DNA of 64,000 nucleotides from Synechococcales cyanobacterium CRU_2_2 (GCA_012034805.1 JAAUOP010000001.1:38843-102842); one strand, 5' to 3'. Numbered from the stretch's first letter, positions 32,044 through 46,373 are shown. Program-made: numbers and translations. The notes: generated by a model from the sequence alone, not told the origin.

Positions 32044-33321
32044 ATGCTTAATCTAGACACCAACTTTGAACTCACCCAGGATGACTACGCCCGCTACTCG
32101 CGACACCTGATCCTGCCAGAAATTGGCCTTGAAGGTCAAAAGCGCCTCAAGGCGGCCAGCGTTCTGTGCATTGGTACAGGTGGTCTGGGCTCTCCCCTGC
32201 TGCTCTATTTGGCCGCCGCCGGAGTCGGTCGCATCGGCATCGTCGATTTCGATGTCGTTGACCACTCCAATCTGCAGCGCCAAGTTATCCATGGCACCTC
32301 CTGGGTCGGCAAACCCAAAATCGAATCTGCCAAGAATCGCATCCACGAGATCAACCCCCACTGCCAAGTCGATCTCTACGAAGTCGCCCTCAGTTCCGAC
32401 AACGCCCTCAAAATTTTGGAGCCCTACGACATCGTCGTCGATGGTACGGACAATTTTCCGACCCGTTATCTGGTCAACGACGCCTGCGTCCTGCTCAACA
32501 AGCCCAATGTCTACGGCTCGATCTTTCGATTTGAAGGCCAAGCCACCGTCTTCAACAGCACAGGCGGCTGGGCTCGCCCGGAAGGCTGGGAAGCCCTGAG
32601 TAAGGAAGAAAGGGCCGCTCGCCGCAAGAAAAACCAAGACTGGATCTACGACGACACCCTCCCTGGACCCAACTACCGTGACCTTTACCCGGATCCGCCC
32701 CCACCCGGCATGGTTCCCTCCTGCGCCGAGGGCGGTGTGTTGGGCATTTTGCCAGGAATTATCGGCATCATCCAAGCGACCGAAACCATCAAGCTCATTC
32801 TGGGCAAAGGCCGCTCCCTCAGCGGACGGCTGATGCTCTACAACTCCCTCGACATGAAGTTCCGGGAGCTAAAGCTCCAGCCCAATCCCGTTCGCCCCGT
32901 GATCGAAACCCTGATCGACTACGAGATGTTTTGCGGGATTCCCCAAGCCAACGCCGCCGAAGAGGAAGCCCAGCGTATGATTCCAGAGATGACCGCGACT
33001 GAACTGAAGACGCTGATCGATAGCGGTGCCGGTGAGTTTGTGCTGGTTGATGTGCGCAATTCCCATGAGTATGAGATTGCTCAAATTCCTGGCTCAGTCC
33101 TGATTCCGCTACCGGACATCGAAAACGGTGACGGGGTAGCCCAGGTCAAGGCCCTGCTCAGTCAAGCCCCAGGTCACAAGTTGATTGCCCACTGCAAACT
33201 GGGGGGGCGATCGGCCAAAGCCCTGGCCATCCTGCAGGAAAACGGCATCGAAGGCACCAACCTCAAAGGCGGCATCACCGCCTGGAGTGCCGATGTTGAC
33301 CCCACTGTTCCCACCTACTAG
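32044..33321 (+). CDS. moeB: Molybdopterin-synthase adenylyltransferase MoeB/MoeZ (ThiF family) with C-terminal rhodanese domain
   Basis: YSRHLILPEIGLEGQKRLKAASVLCIGTGGLGSPLLLYLAAAGVGRIGIVDFDVVDHSNLQRQ; C-terminal rhodanese with an active-site Cys (IAHCKLGGRS). Confidence 0.85.
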   Translation: MLNLDTNFELTQDDYARYSRHLILPEIGLEGQKRLKAASVLCIGTGGLGSPLLLYLAAAGVGRIGIVDFDVVDHSNLQRQVIHGTSWVGKPKIESAKNRIHEINPHCQVDLYEVALSSDNALKILEPYDIVVDGTDNFPTRYLVNDACVLLNKPNVYGSIFRFEGQATVFNSTGGWARPEGWEALSKEERAARRKKNQDWIYDDTLPGPNYRDLYPDPPPPGMVPSCAEGGVLGILPGIIGIIQATETIKLILGKGRSLSGRLMLYNSLDMKFRELKLQPNPVRPVIETLIDYEMFCGIPQANAAEEEAQRMIPEMTATELKTLIDSGAGEFVLVDVRNSHEYEIAQIPGSVLIPLPDIENGDGVAQVKALLSQAPGHKLIAHCKLGGRSAKALAILQENGIEGTNLKGGITAWSADVDPTVPTY

Positions 33322-33343
33322 CCGATCCACCTGATCTCGTACC

Positions 33344-34696
33344 ATGCCCATTCCCGATCGCTACCACATCACCACCTTCGGCTGCCAAATGAACAAAGCC
33401 GACTCCGAGCGGATGGCTGGCATCCTCGAGGACATGGGCATGACTTGGGAAGAGAATCCGTTGGAGGCAGACTTGGTTCTCTACAACACTTGCAGCATCC
33501 GCGATAGCGCAGAGCAAAAGGTCTATTCCTATTTGGGCAAGCAGGCCAAACGTAAGCAAAAAAATCCCAACGTTACGCTGGTGATGGCAGGCTGCGTCGC
33601 CCAGCAGGAGGGCGAGGCTCTGTTGCGCCGCGTGCCCGAGCTGGATTTGATCATGGGGCCGCAGCACGCGAATCGGTTGCAGGACTTGCTCGAGCAGGTA
33701 TTTCAGGGCCATCAAGTGGTGGCGACTGAGGCGATCCACATTCTGGAAGACATTACGAAGCCTCGGCGTGACAGTGCGATCACGGCTTGGGTGAATGTGA
33801 TCTATGGCTGCAACGAACGCTGCACCTATTGTGTGGTGCCAGGGGTTCGGGGCATCGAGCAATCCCGCACACCCGAAGCTATCCGGGCGGAGATGGAGGA
33901 CGTTGCTTGCCAGGGCTTCAAGGAGGTGACGCTGCTAGGTCAAAATATCGACGCCTACGGTCGAGACTTGCCGGGGTCTACGGCTGAGGGCCGCCATCAA
34001 CATACGCTGACCGACTTGCTCTATTTTGTTCATGATGTCCCCGGCATTGAGCGGATTCGGTTTGCCACCAGTCACCCGCGCTACTTTACCGAGCGGCTGA
34101 TCAAGGCCTGCGCTGAGTTGCCCAAGGTCTGCGAGCACTTCCACATTCCGTTTCAGTCGGGCAACAACGATATCCTCAAAGCGATGGCGCGGGGGTATAC
34201 CCAGGAAAAATACCGTCGTATCATCGACAAGGTGAGACATTACCTGCCCGATGCCGCAATCACCGCTGACGCGATCGTGGCGTTTCCAGGTGAGACTGAA
34301 GCGCAATTTCAGGACACGCTCAAGTTGGTTGAAGACATTGGCTTTGACCTGGTGAATACAGCGGCCTATTCTCCTCGACCTGGCACTCCGGCGGCCACTT
34401 GGGAGAATCAGCTCTCTGAAGACGTGAAGGTCGATCGCCTGCAGCGGCTGAATCATTTGATGAGCGCCAAGGCGGCTGAGCGCTCGCACCGCTATGGCGA
34501 TCGCACCGAAGCCATCCTGGTTGAAGGCGTCAACCCTAAAGATCCCACCCAAGTCATGGGTCGCACCCGCAGCAACCGCCTCACCTTTTTCACCGGCGAC
34601 ATCGATCAACTCCGCGCCCAAACCGTTGACGTACGCATTACCGAAGTCAGACCCTTTAGCCTGACTGGGGTAGCGTTGGTTCCCAGCCAGACCTAG
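33344..34696 (+). CDS. miaB: tRNA-2-methylthio-N6-dimethylallyladenosine synthase (radical SAM methylthiotransferase)
   Basis: N-terminal [18 protein letters not shown]; radical-SAM CNERCTYC; TRAM C-terminus. Confidence 0.9.
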   Translation: MPIPDRYHITTFGCQMNKADSERMAGILEDMGMTWEENPLEADLVLYNTCSIRDSAEQKVYSYLGKQAKRKQKNPNVTLVMAGCVAQQEGEALLRRVPELDLIMGPQHANRLQDLLEQVFQGHQVVATEAIHILEDITKPRRDSAITAWVNVIYGCNERCTYCVVPGVRGIEQSRTPEAIRAEMEDVACQGFKEVTLLGQNIDAYGRDLPGSTAEGRHQHTLTDLLYFVHDVPGIERIRFATSHPRYFTERLIKACAELPKVCEHFHIPFQSGNNDILKAMARGYTQEKYRRIIDKVRHYLPDAAITADAIVAFPGETEAQFQDTLKLVEDIGFDLVNTAAYSPRPGTPAATWENQLSEDVKVDRLQRLNHLMSAKAAERSHRYGDRTEAILVEGVNPKDPTQVMGRTRSNRLTFFTGDIDQLRAQTVDVRITEVRPFSLTGVALVPSQT

Positions 34697-34719
34697 GGGG
34701 AAAACCTCAAGGACGCCGC

Positions 34720-35154
<435 letters not shown>

Positions 35155-35289
35155 TCAGAAGCGTACATCAGCAGATGAATCGTGGGGGGAAGTTAGACTT
35201 AAAAACCAGCGATTTGCTCCATTTCCCCCCAATAACACCTCTGCCCGACTGACTATTTCATGCAATCCACGTATGACCATCTAAGGCCA

Positions 35290-35957
35290 CTAGAATTGCG
35301 GTTGGGAGGGCAGCTGAGATGGCGGCTGGGATGGCGACGGATCCAGAAAAGGACGAACCAACATAAAGCCAGTGCCAAAAGCAGTCACAACGATAAACAG
35401 CACCATGACCACCAGCCACCAGGCGCTGAGTTCTCGTGGACCATTGGGGGACAGTTTGGGTTTCGATCGCGATACTTCACGCCCCGTGAACAACTTATTG
35501 AGAGTCTCCACTGCGGCCTGACGTTCCGGTGGTGAAGTCGGCGGCTTTCGAGCCTTGGAACGCTTTCGAATCGGGGCTTCCATGGCTTCGGGTGGTATTG
35601 CGGATGCAGGCTGAGGCAGGTGTTGAGCAGGGGAGTGAATCCCCCCCCCGTCGCCGTCTTGACCCGATGCACGTTTTAAGCCGACGTCCACAGTGCTAGG
35701 CGGTGGCGCAGAAATCTGTTGCATCTTCTGAGCCGATTCAATAATTTGATCCAGCTCAAACTGCATATGCTGATTGGTTTGCGCAAATGCCGATTTTGAG
35801 CGTGGAGGGAATCGAGCATGGTCTGCGTGGCTTGCAGTTCTGCTGCCAATTCCCGATACACCGAGATGGGAACAGCGGGGCCCGGTTGCTGGGCTGCCGC
35901 TGGTTGCGCAGGTTCACGATTGTGAACGGAGCGCTTTGAGTTCATATCAAAGTTCAT
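35290..35957 (-). CDS. Hypothetical coiled-coil / Pro-rich single-TM protein; probable frameshift near 35793-35800 joining ORFs 35676..35957 and 35290..35766
   Basis: The upstream ORF ends in out-of-frame-looking residues while its first 60 aa (ELAAELQATQTMLDSLHAQ) are helical; the downstream ORF continues MQFELDQIIESAQKMQQ... then a TM helix (WWLVVMVLFIVVTAFGTGFMLV). Confidence 0.4.
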
Positions 35958-36332
35958 CTGCCTTAGCCGTTGAAGGGAAAAAGAGCAAGATCGCCGAAGT
36001 CAAGCCTAAGAGTAATGCATAACTTCCAATCTGACACCTTTTTCCTTAAAAAAACTAAAACCCTTATGGGGAAAGACTTTGAAAAGTCTTCTAGATATTG
36101 TTTGTCAAGTTGATTCGCGTGCGATCGAAGCAATATTGGCCCGGTTTCTGCGGTTCACGGATCTCACTTTCCTATTTTTTCGGTAGACTCGTAGACAGCC
36201 TAACGCTTGCGCCTGCAACACTTTCAGGCCTCTAGTCGATTTCGTCCTTTGGGAATGTCTTCTAGAATTAGACCTTTGTGCGCCGATCAAGCATCAACCC
36301 AGCATCAATCTTAGTCAGGTCATCTAAACATT

Positions 36333-36779
36333 ATGGAAGTGTCATCAGCATCTGCTCGGGAAGCCATTGAGGTGGCGGCAGGCATTAGCAGCGCCCCTGA
36401 TCTCAAGTACGGTGAGCGAGAAATTCGGGAGGGCAAGTTGATTACCTTCCCGAATCCGCGTCCGGGACGTCGGTTTGAGATCGAGATTTCACTGCCAGAA
36501 TTCACGTGCAAGTGTCCGTTTTCGGGTTATCCCGATTTTGCGACGGTTTATCTTAAGTATGTGCCGAATGAACGGGTGGTGGAGCTGAAGGCGCTGAAAC
36601 TGTATATCAATAGTTTTCGCGATCGCTACATTTCCCACGAGGAGTCCATGAACCAAATTCTCGATGACATGATCGCCACCTGTGATCCCCTAGACATCAC
36701 GATTCGAGGCGATTTCACGCCGCGCGGCAATGTCCATACTATCGTCACGGTCAACCACACCAAGGCCGACTTAGGCTAG
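36333..36779 (+). CDS. queF: NADPH-dependent 7-cyano-7-deazaguanine (preQ0) reductase
   Basis: [42 protein letters not shown] (catalytic Cys and QueF motif). Confidence 0.85.
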   Translation: MEVSSASAREAIEVAAGISSAPDLKYGEREIREGKLITFPNPRPGRRFEIEISLPEFTCKCPFSGYPDFATVYLKYVPNERVVELKALKLYINSFRDRYISHEESMNQILDDMIATCDPLDITIRGDFTPRGNVHTIVTVNHTKADLG

Positions 36780-38191
36780 TGAGGAAAGTCTCTTTGGGGG
36801 CATTTCAGAGGACGCCTCGGGGGGTGTTTCGCCGATTCTGCCCCCGAGAGTTTCAACCATTTCCACCAGCTCGCGCTCAAAGGTGACTTGGGCACGGTTG
36901 GTGCGTCCACCGATGTAGCAGCGATCGCCCTCCCGCAAGGCCCAGACCTGGGCGTGGGACACATAGCTCATCAATGTACTGACCATCAGTAGCCCAAACC
37001 CCAGATAGACCAGGGGAATCCCCGGATCTGCCTTGATCTGCAATCCGGTGCTGCCCATGATATCGACTAGGGTTAAGCGGAGCGGTTTGCCCGCGACCGG
37101 AATGTCTGTGGCCATTCCTTTTCGAACCGTGCCGATCAGTTTTCCATCTGCGCCATAGATCAACATCGTGCCTTGCAAATCCTTGGCCACCAGCGACACG
37201 CCCTCGCTCATGTCAGGCTTTGTTGGAATCCAGGTGCCCCAGAGCCTTCCTTGGCCCTGGGTATCGAGTTCGCCTACGGGAAACTTGAGCGTTGGGCTGT
37301 TGTTGAGCCGGACGGCGACAGCGGCGATGTTCCAGTCGGCCTGGTAAAAGGTGACACCCTTGTGGCGTAGGGGTTTGTTGACATGGATGGTTTGGCGATC
37401 GAGCTCCACCCCCTCATCGTCAATCACCGACAAATCCGAGTAGAACTGGTCGATATGGCCGTCGGGCGCATAATCGATCCAGAAGCGATTTACCTTAACA
37501 CCCCAGTCCTTGGGGATTTGGGGCTCGGAGAGCAAACCGCGATCGAAAATGTTCGTCACCTTAAACGCGACCCCCTGGGGAATCATCTCCTGGGCAAAAA
37601 AACCGCTGAGGGATCCCCAAATCGCTCCAGCCAAAATCAGCAACATGCTGGCATGAACAATAATCGGCCCGAGACGTCCTACAATTCCTCGCCGGGCGTA
37701 GAGCACGTCTCCGGCTTGATGCACTTGATAGCGCTGGCCACGCAGCAGGGTTGGCAGGGTGTCAAAGGCGCTGGCCGAAATGTCGGTGCTGAGGGCCAAT
37801 TTGTTGAACTGGCGCGGCTTGCGGTAATACTTCCAGTTGCGGGCAGACTTGAGGGTGGGCAGCTGGCGTGTGAAGGTGCAAGCCGTGAGACTGCTGCCAA
37901 ATAAAACCAAAATGGCGTAGAACCAGCCGGTGCGGTAGACATGGTCCAAGCCCAGGGCCAGCAGCACTTTCCAGCTCAGGAAGCCGAAGAGTGCCGGATC
38001 CTCTGGATAATTCGCTTGATAAAATGCCGAGGTTTGGCCCTGTTCGATCACCGTGCCGCTGATGCTGGCGATCGCGATGGTCAGCAGGAGGCGATCGCCA
38101 GCCGCAAATTGGCCAGCCAGGGCAGCAAATCTTTGCGGAAATAGCGTTTCAACCTTTGCCACGCAGAACGAGTCGTCAGATCCTGAGTCAT
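36771..38191 (-). CDS. ccs1: Cytochrome c biogenesis protein Ccs1/ResB (CcsB); frameshift near 38086-38093
   Basis: Main ORF is ResB-like throughout; the true N-terminus [34 protein letters not shown] is in another frame and joins ...[17 protein letters not shown] after one G is restored in a GG run. Confidence 0.8.
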
Positions 38192-38195
38192 ACCC

Positions 38196-38342
38196 AATGT
38201 CCGTCCAAATATCCGTAGGGGCCAAATGTCCGTCGGAGCTTAATGTTCGTCGGAGCTTAATGTCCGTCGGAACTCAATGTCCGTCGGAGCTCAATGTTCG
38301 TCGGAGCTCAATGTTCGTTGGAGCTTAATGTCCGTCGGGACA
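38196..38342. repeat. Tandem repeat, 17 bp x7 plus a degenerate copy, filling the ccdA-ccs1 intergenic spacer
   Basis: aatgt(c/t)cgtcggagct(t/c) units head-to-tail between the ccdA stop (38345) and the ccs1 start (38191). Confidence 0.85.
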
Positions 38343-38344
38343 AT

Positions 38345-39127
38345 TCAAATCGCCGGAACCAAACGCGTTAACAGCGAAAACACGCCAAACCCAATCAGCA
38401 AGACCCCACTGGCTGGATTGATCCAGCCCGACCACTGACGCAAGGCCAAGAGTCGCTTCAACGTTCCCGCAAAAATTCCGGCTAGCACAATCGGCACAAC
38501 GTAGCCCAAGGCGTAGCACAGCAATAAAATCCCGCCTAGGATCGGCTGACCTGACGCCGAAATCCAGGCTAGCAGCGTCGCCAAAACCGGCGTGCTGCAA
38601 GGAGAGGCAATCAGGCCAAAGGTAATGCCTAGCGCATAGGAGCGAACACCCTGGGGCCAAGTTTTGGGCACCTCAAGGTTACCCAGACTCGGGAGCCGCA
38701 GGGGCAAAACTTCGAGTAGATTGAGTCCCATCAAAATTGCGATGAGGCTGACGGCGATCGGTAAACCCAGACCAATTTGGCCATAAACCTTGCCCAGCAA
38801 CGCCGCCATGACGCCTAATCCCGTCAGCGTCGTGGCCAAGCCCGCCGCAAACCACAGCGACTGCAGCACGGCCCGCCGGTTTCCCCTCGTGCCGTCCGCT
38901 CCCCCGCCTGTTCCGCTGTCGTAGCCTCCCAGGTAACCCAGAGTAATCGGCAGCATCGATAACATACAGGGTGTCAAGCTGGTCAGCAGACCCGCCGCGA
39001 GCATTACACCAACGCTCAGAATTGAGAGGTGGTCAAGCTGTTGGAGCACTTGGCCATTGGCCCATTGCTCCAGAAAATAAAGTCGAGTTTGTAGGGTTTC
39101 CAGCACAAGACATCTCGCACAAGACAC
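38345..39127 (-). CDS. ccdA: Cytochrome c-type biogenesis protein CcdA (DsbD-like thiol:disulfide transporter)
   Basis: LETLQTRLYFLEQWANGQ...LTSLTPCMLSMLPITLGYLGG with a Cys pair in TM1; about 6 TM. Confidence 0.85.
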   Translation of the reverse strand: MSCARCLVLETLQTRLYFLEQWANGQVLQQLDHLSILSVGVMLAAGLLTSLTPCMLSMLPITLGYLGGYDSGTGGGADGTRGNRRAVLQSLWFAAGLATTLTGLGVMAALLGKVYGQIGLGLPIAVSLIAILMGLNLLEVLPLRLPSLGNLEVPKTWPQGVRSYALGITFGLIASPCSTPVLATLLAWISASGQPILGGILLLCYALGYVVPIVLAGIFAGTLKRLLALRQWSGWINPASGVLLIGFGVFSLLTRLVPAI

Positions 39128-40413
39128 AAAGCCCCGCAGCGGTGGTTAAACAGCGCTGCCTCTCCCATCTTAAGGCTCGTGCAGTATCCTGGGCGACTGA
39201 ATTCAGCGAGGTTTTGGTCAGGTTCCTGGCCAGGGGCCTTCGAGTTGAGCTGCTTGAGCGAGAAACGGCTGGGTTCGATGACATTGCGATTGCTACTCTC
39301 CCGCGCCACCCGAATCAACAGCGCCGCCGCCATCAAACTCGCCAAAATCGAATTCCCGCCATAGCTCATCATCGGCATCGGCAACCCTGTCGTCGGCATC
39401 GACCCGGTGGACACCGCAATATTCAAAATCGACTGGCCAATCAACAAAATAATTGCCCCGATCGCCACCAACTGATGCACATCTCGCGATGCCTTCAGCG
39501 CCACCCGCAGCCCCATCGTCGCGTAGACAGCCAGCATGAGTAGCAAGAGAATACCGCCGATCAAGCCAAACTCTTCGGCAAACACCGCAAAAATAAAGTC
39601 GGTGTACTGAAATGGCAGATAAAACATCTTTTGCTGGGACAAACCAAAACCAGTGCCCGTCATGCCACCCGAACCGATCGCCAGCAAACTTTGCACCAGC
39701 TGATAGCTATCCCCCTGGGTATTACTCCAAGGATCCAGAAACGATGTAATCCTCAGCCACTGGTACTCATTACGGCTGACGCTGAGCACCGCCAGCAAAA
39801 AACCCGCCAGCGCCGTACCCCCTAGCTGCTTCAGCGGCAGACCTGCCGCCAGCGCAATCAGCCACAGGAGCATGCCGCAAAGGGAAGCCGTACTCAAATT
39901 GGGCTGGGTCAAAATCGCGCCCAAAACCAGCGCAAACGTCCCCAACCAACGCCAGCGAACTGGTACGGGCAACCGCTCCCACTGGCTAAAAATCCGAGCC
40001 CCCTGCAAGACTAAAAAAGGCTTAATTAATTCAGAGGGTTGGAGCGAAATTGGCCCCAGTACCAGCCAGCGCGTTGCGCCATTCACTGTTGCTCCCATCC
40101 CCGGCACGTGGGTCAGAAAAATCAGCAGCAAACAGAGCAGCAAAAACCAATGGGCCATGCCAATCACAAACCGAATCGGCGTGTGAATAATCAAATTGAA
40201 CAGCACCATGCCAATCCAGGCCCAGGCAAATTGGCGCTTGAGATAGTAAAAACCATCGGCATTATCGGTCGCCGCTGTCACATAGGACGCTGTACACAAC
40301 ACCACCAGGCCAAACAGCAGCCACAGCAACGTCAGCCAGCGCAGCACACGGGCATCCGCAGACCATTTCACCGACGATCGATCAAACCAGGGAAAGATAT
40401 AGCGCAGTGGCAC
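39016..40413 (-). CDS. ftsW: FtsW/RodA/SpoVE-family peptidoglycan glycosyltransferase (SEDS protein)
   Basis: GATRWLVLGPISLQPSELIKPFLVLQGARIF and downstream SEDS blocks; the C-terminal about 85 aa overlap ccdA by 112 bp and look non-homologous. Confidence 0.8.
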   Translation of the reverse strand: MPLRYIFPWFDRSSVKWSADARVLRWLTLLWLLFGLVVLCTASYVTAATDNADGFYYLKRQFAWAWIGMVLFNLIIHTPIRFVIGMAHWFLLLCLLLIFLTHVPGMGATVNGATRWLVLGPISLQPSELIKPFLVLQGARIFSQWERLPVPVRWRWLGTFALVLGAILTQPNLSTASLCGMLLWLIALAAGLPLKQLGGTALAGFLLAVLSVSRNEYQWLRITSFLDPWSNTQGDSYQLVQSLLAIGSGGMTGTGFGLSQQKMFYLPFQYTDFIFAVFAEEFGLIGGILLLLMLAVYATMGLRVALKASRDVHQLVAIGAIILLIGQSILNIAVSTGSMPTTGLPMPMMSYGGNSILASLMAAALLIRVARESSNRNVIEPSRFSLKQLNSKAPGQEPDQNLAEFSRPGYCTSLKMGEAALFNHRCGALCLVRDVLCWKPYKLDFIFWSNGPMAKCSNSLTTSQF

Positions 40414-40612
40414 GGCTCAAGTTTGATAGGGAATTGCTGTTCATTGTAGTCAAGCACCTAATCGAGACGACAGATGGAGCCGCGAGGGTCACGATGGGGG
40501 GCCATCCCCTGCAACGGGAACGGCCCAGATAAAATTCACAAAAAAACGACGCGCGCTCTAGAGAAAGTATCTCCAGACACCACACGTCGAGCCAAAAAGA
40601 AGAGCGTCAAGA

Positions 40613-40816
40613 CTAAGAAATACCGGTATTCACACCGGGTCGGCCTGTCGCCAGCTCAACTTTAATAATTCTGCCACCCAGCTTTTGAATGCGTTGCTGC
40701 TCGCTAAACCAGTTATCGTAGGCAACCAGCTTCGTAAAATAGGTATTTTGCAGCTCTCGCTGGGTGCGAACTTTATCGGGACTTGGCACACACGCTGTGA
40801 CCTTAAACATCCGCAT
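40613..40816 (-). CDS. apcC: Phycobilisome 7.8-kDa core linker polypeptide (LC)
   Basis: MRMFKVTACVPSPDKVRTQRELQNTYFTKLVAYDNWFSEQQRIQKLGGRIIKVELATG is near-identical to known ApcC. Confidence 0.9.
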   Translation of the reverse strand: MRMFKVTACVPSPDKVRTQRELQNTYFTKLVAYDNWFSEQQRIQKLGGRIIKVELATGRPGVNTGIS

Positions 40817-41076
40817 CGGTATAATTCTCCTGCCAAAACGCGAGGGATAAAACGAAGAAAAAATCCAAGATTTATATCAAAAACCTAGGCTGCGCAGAGC
40901 GAAACTTCGCACGGCCTAGGTCTCATCACAACCCAATCGAAATCTTCCCAAAGGGCTTTTCAAATTCAGAGCGATCGCCCAGGAGCCCCAGGCAAGATTC
41001 AACTCAATCAAGCGGAACCCCACAAGATTCCAGCAGGGTGGAAGCTTGTGCTTCCACCCTGCTGGAATCACGGCAA

Positions 41077-41562
41077 TTAGCTAAGGCCGGAGCAGATATA
41101 GTCGAAATAGACGCCCATTTCCTTGCCAGCATCAGGGCCAACCAAGCTGGCGGTCACTTCTTTCATGGCTTGGACAGCCTGAACCGTCGCACCCACTGGA
41201 ACGCCCAGGGAGTTGTAGGTTTCCTTCAGACCGTTGAGCACGCGCTCATCCAGGATGGAGGTATCACCCGCAAGCATGGCGTAGGTCGCGTAGCGCATGT
41301 AGTAGTCGAGGTCGCGAATGCAAGCTGCATAGCGACGGGTGGTGTACATGTTGCCACCGGGACGAGTGATGTCGGAATACAGCAGTGCCTTAGCAACTGC
41401 TTCTTTGACGATGGTTGCAGCGTTGGCACTGATCGAAGTGGCAGCGCGGACGCGCAGCTCACCGCTCTGGAAATATGCTTTCAGCTTGCCCATGGCGGCA
41501 GCATCCAGATATTGACCCTGAACGTCGGAGGAATTGATGACAGAGGTAATTGCGTCTTGCAT
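41077..41562 (-). CDS. apcB: Allophycocyanin beta subunit
   Basis: [31 protein letters not shown]...; 161 aa. Confidence 0.95.
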   Translation of the reverse strand: MQDAITSVINSSDVQGQYLDAAAMGKLKAYFQSGELRVRAATSISANAATIVKEAVAKALLYSDITRPGGNMYTTRRYAACIRDLDYYMRYATYAMLAGDTSILDERVLNGLKETYNSLGVPVGATVQAVQAMKEVTASLVGPDAGKEMGVYFDYICSGLS

Positions 41563-41719
41563 CGTTATGCTTCCTTAAAAAATCTCAAAATCAGAGGGAC
41601 TAAAAAAGAATGGCTATCGAATCCAGAGGATAGATCCAGAGGAAATCGGTACGGCACCGTGGCGAGAGACCAGCCTAGCGCATGCGCATCTAGGACGTGC
41701 GCATCTAGGACATGCCGAT

Positions 41720-42205
41720 CTAGGACATGCCGCTGATGACATAGTCGAAGTAGGCACCGGCTTCATCTGCATCCGCACCTGTAAGCAGGCCAGTGCTGGA
41801 GGCTTTCATGGCCCGAACCGCTTCGATGACCGCATCAATGGGAGTACCCAGAGACTTGTACATTTCACGGGCGCCCACCAGACCGATTTCTTCAATTGGG
41901 GTAACGTCGCCAGAGACGATTCCGTAGGTGACCAGACGCAGGTAGTAGTCCATATCCCGCAGGCAGGTTGCGGTCATTTCCTCACCATAGGCGTTGCCGC
42001 CGGGAGAAACGACATCGGGGCGCTTTTGGAAAAGCTGGTTACCCGCATCTTTGATGATTTTCTCGCGAGAGCTAGTTAGGGTCTCGGCAATACGCAGACG
42101 CCGCTCGCCGTTAGTAACGAAGGATTTGATGCGATCCAGCTCACCAGGGCTGAGGTAGCGAGCCTCAGCGTCAGCGTTTACGATGGATTTTGAGACGATA
42201 CTCAT
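41720..42205 (-). CDS. apcA: Allophycocyanin alpha subunit
   Basis: [30 protein letters not shown]...; 161 aa. Confidence 0.95.
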   Translation of the reverse strand: MSIVSKSIVNADAEARYLSPGELDRIKSFVTNGERRLRIAETLTSSREKIIKDAGNQLFQKRPDVVSPGGNAYGEEMTATCLRDMDYYLRLVTYGIVSGDVTPIEEIGLVGAREMYKSLGTPIDAVIEAVRAMKASSTGLLTGADADEAGAYFDYVISGMS

Positions 42206-42616
42206 TAACGGATTCCTCCAAGCAGATTTATGAGAATGGGCTTAGGCTAACGACCGCTTGCTAGCAAACTCAATCTTGCAAGAGCCAATCTTGCAAGATG
42301 ATGGGGCATGCCAGGCGATGGGACAAGTCAGCCCAAGACATGGTTCAAACCTATATATGCAAAAAAGATGGCAAACAAAATCCCTTAATCTTGCCGCTGC
42401 CCCTTGCAGAGCCTCACGCCCGAATAGCCGGTGCGAAACCCAGCTACCTTCGGGATTTTATTGTGCTTCATTTGGATTGACCTTTTAGAACCGACGTAAC
42501 AGTTTGTAATATCGCGTCTCATAGCTGTTCATTTTCCCTGAAGGAGAAATTTGGCGATCACAGACAACCGCGATCGCTCACCCAAAAACACTTCACTAGA
42601 GACGCAATACTGCGGT

Positions 42617-44682
<2,066 letters not shown>

Positions 44683-44875
44683 TTAAGATGGCATTCGGTC
44701 GGCTCCGCCTGAGTCAGGGTTTGAATCCAGGGTTTGATTAAAGCAACTTTAGGAATCTAAATCCTGAGCGGGTGACCTTTTATCAGCCTTCAGATTAGAG
44801 CGTTTCGGGGTAGCCTGAGACCTTTGTTAAAAAATGTATTGAAGTCCCACCTGCCTTATCTCTGGGTTTAAATCT

Positions 44876-46158
44876 ATGCCTTCTTCCCCAGTCTCTTCCT
44901 CGGCGGCTTCATTCCCTGAGCACCCCAAAAATCCAGCGTCTTGGGTTCAGCAATCGGAAGCCGCTGTCAGCGCCGCTGTGGAGCAGCTTTACAATACCTA
45001 CCCGTTTCCGCCGGATCCGCTGTTGGACGAGCCGCCACCGGGCTACAACTGGCGTTGGTATTGGCCTGCAGCCTACAGTTTTTGTTCGGGGCGGTTGTCA
45101 GAACACAATGCGGTGCGAATTCTTGATGCTGGCTGTGGCACCGGTGTCGGGACGGATTATTTGGCCCATCTCAATCCGGAGGCGACGGTGGTGGCGATCG
45201 ACCTCAGCCCAGGGGCGATCGCCGTTGCCACCGATCGACTCCGGCGCTCGGGCGGCCACAACGTCAGCTTCCAGGCACTGAGCATTTACGACGTCGCTCA
45301 GATACCGGGCGAGTTCGACTTGATCAATTGCGTCGGTGTTTTGCACCACATGCCCGACCCCATACGCGGTATCCAGGCCTTGGCAACCCAGCTCAAACCC
45401 GGCGGGTTGCTCCATATCTTTGTCTATGGCGAGCTCGGGCGCTGGGAGATCCAGCTGATGCAGGAGGCGATCGCCCTCCTCCAGGCCGACCAGCGTGGCA
45501 ACTACACCGATGGCGTCCAGATTGGCCGCGAGCTGTTTGCCAAACTATCGGACACCAACCGCCTCGTGCAATATGAAAAACCTACTGGGCCGCTGAGAAC
45601 ACCCGCGACGAATGCTTTGCAGACATGTACGTCCATCCCCAAGAAACGGACTACAACATCAAGACCCTGTTTGAGCTGATCGACGCCTCGGGACTCGAGT
45701 TCGTCGGCTTTTCCAATCCAGAGGCTTGGTCCTTAGAACGGCTGTTGGGGCAAGCACCCGAGCTGATGGCGCGGGCCGCAAGTTTGGGGGAGCGCGATCG
45801 CTATCGGCTGATCGAACTGCTCAACCCTCATGTGCCCCACTACGAATTCTTCCTCGCTCGCCCGCCGCTCGATCGTTCCACTTGGGAAAACGACACCGAG
45901 ATCAAAGCCGCCACGATCCAGCGAAATCCTTGCATGCACGGCTGGCCTAGCCGGAGTCTTCTCAACCAAGACTATCATCCGGCCACAATTTCTGAAGCAG
46001 GCTTTGAGTTTCTCAAGGCAGCAGAAACGGCTGCCACCGGGACAACCGTAGGCCAAATTATCGAGACTGTGCCCACTCCCCTAGAAGAGATTCGACAACT
46101 CTGGCAGCAACGTATGATTTTCCTGGGTTTATCCGCAGACAGAACCGGCCCAGGCTAA
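44876..46158 (+). CDS. Class I SAM-dependent methyltransferase (about 427 aa); frameshift near 45574-45582
   Basis: VRILDAGCGTGVGTDYLAHLNPEATVVAIDLSPGAI (motif I); ...LVQYEK|(T)YWAAENTRDECFADMYVHPQETDY continues in ORF 45625..46158 once an A is restored in an A5 run. Confidence 0.7.
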
Positions 46159-46373
46159 CCCCGAGCAGCCACTTGCACACTCAAGATTAGGTCAATGTTT
46201 TTATAAAGGATTGTTACCCCCTGCGTGATATCATTGTCCCTGGCTTGAACATGCATATCTACCTAGTGATTCACTAGAAATTTGGAGCAGTTGTGACGTC
46301 CCACGAGAAGGCTCAACCCAGCGTTTGGGTTGAGCAAGACACCCCCCAGGATGCTCTTCCCGCGAAAAACTCG

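Noticed and set aside
38196-38342. Possible CRISPR array (regular direct repeats)
   Set aside because: The units are contiguous with no spacers, only 17 bp long, and no cas genes are nearby. This is a simple tandem repeat.
42330-42365. GGTTCAAACC motif that could be a tRNA T-arm
   Set aside because: Flanking bases cannot form a T-stem or acceptor stem. No cloverleaf is possible.
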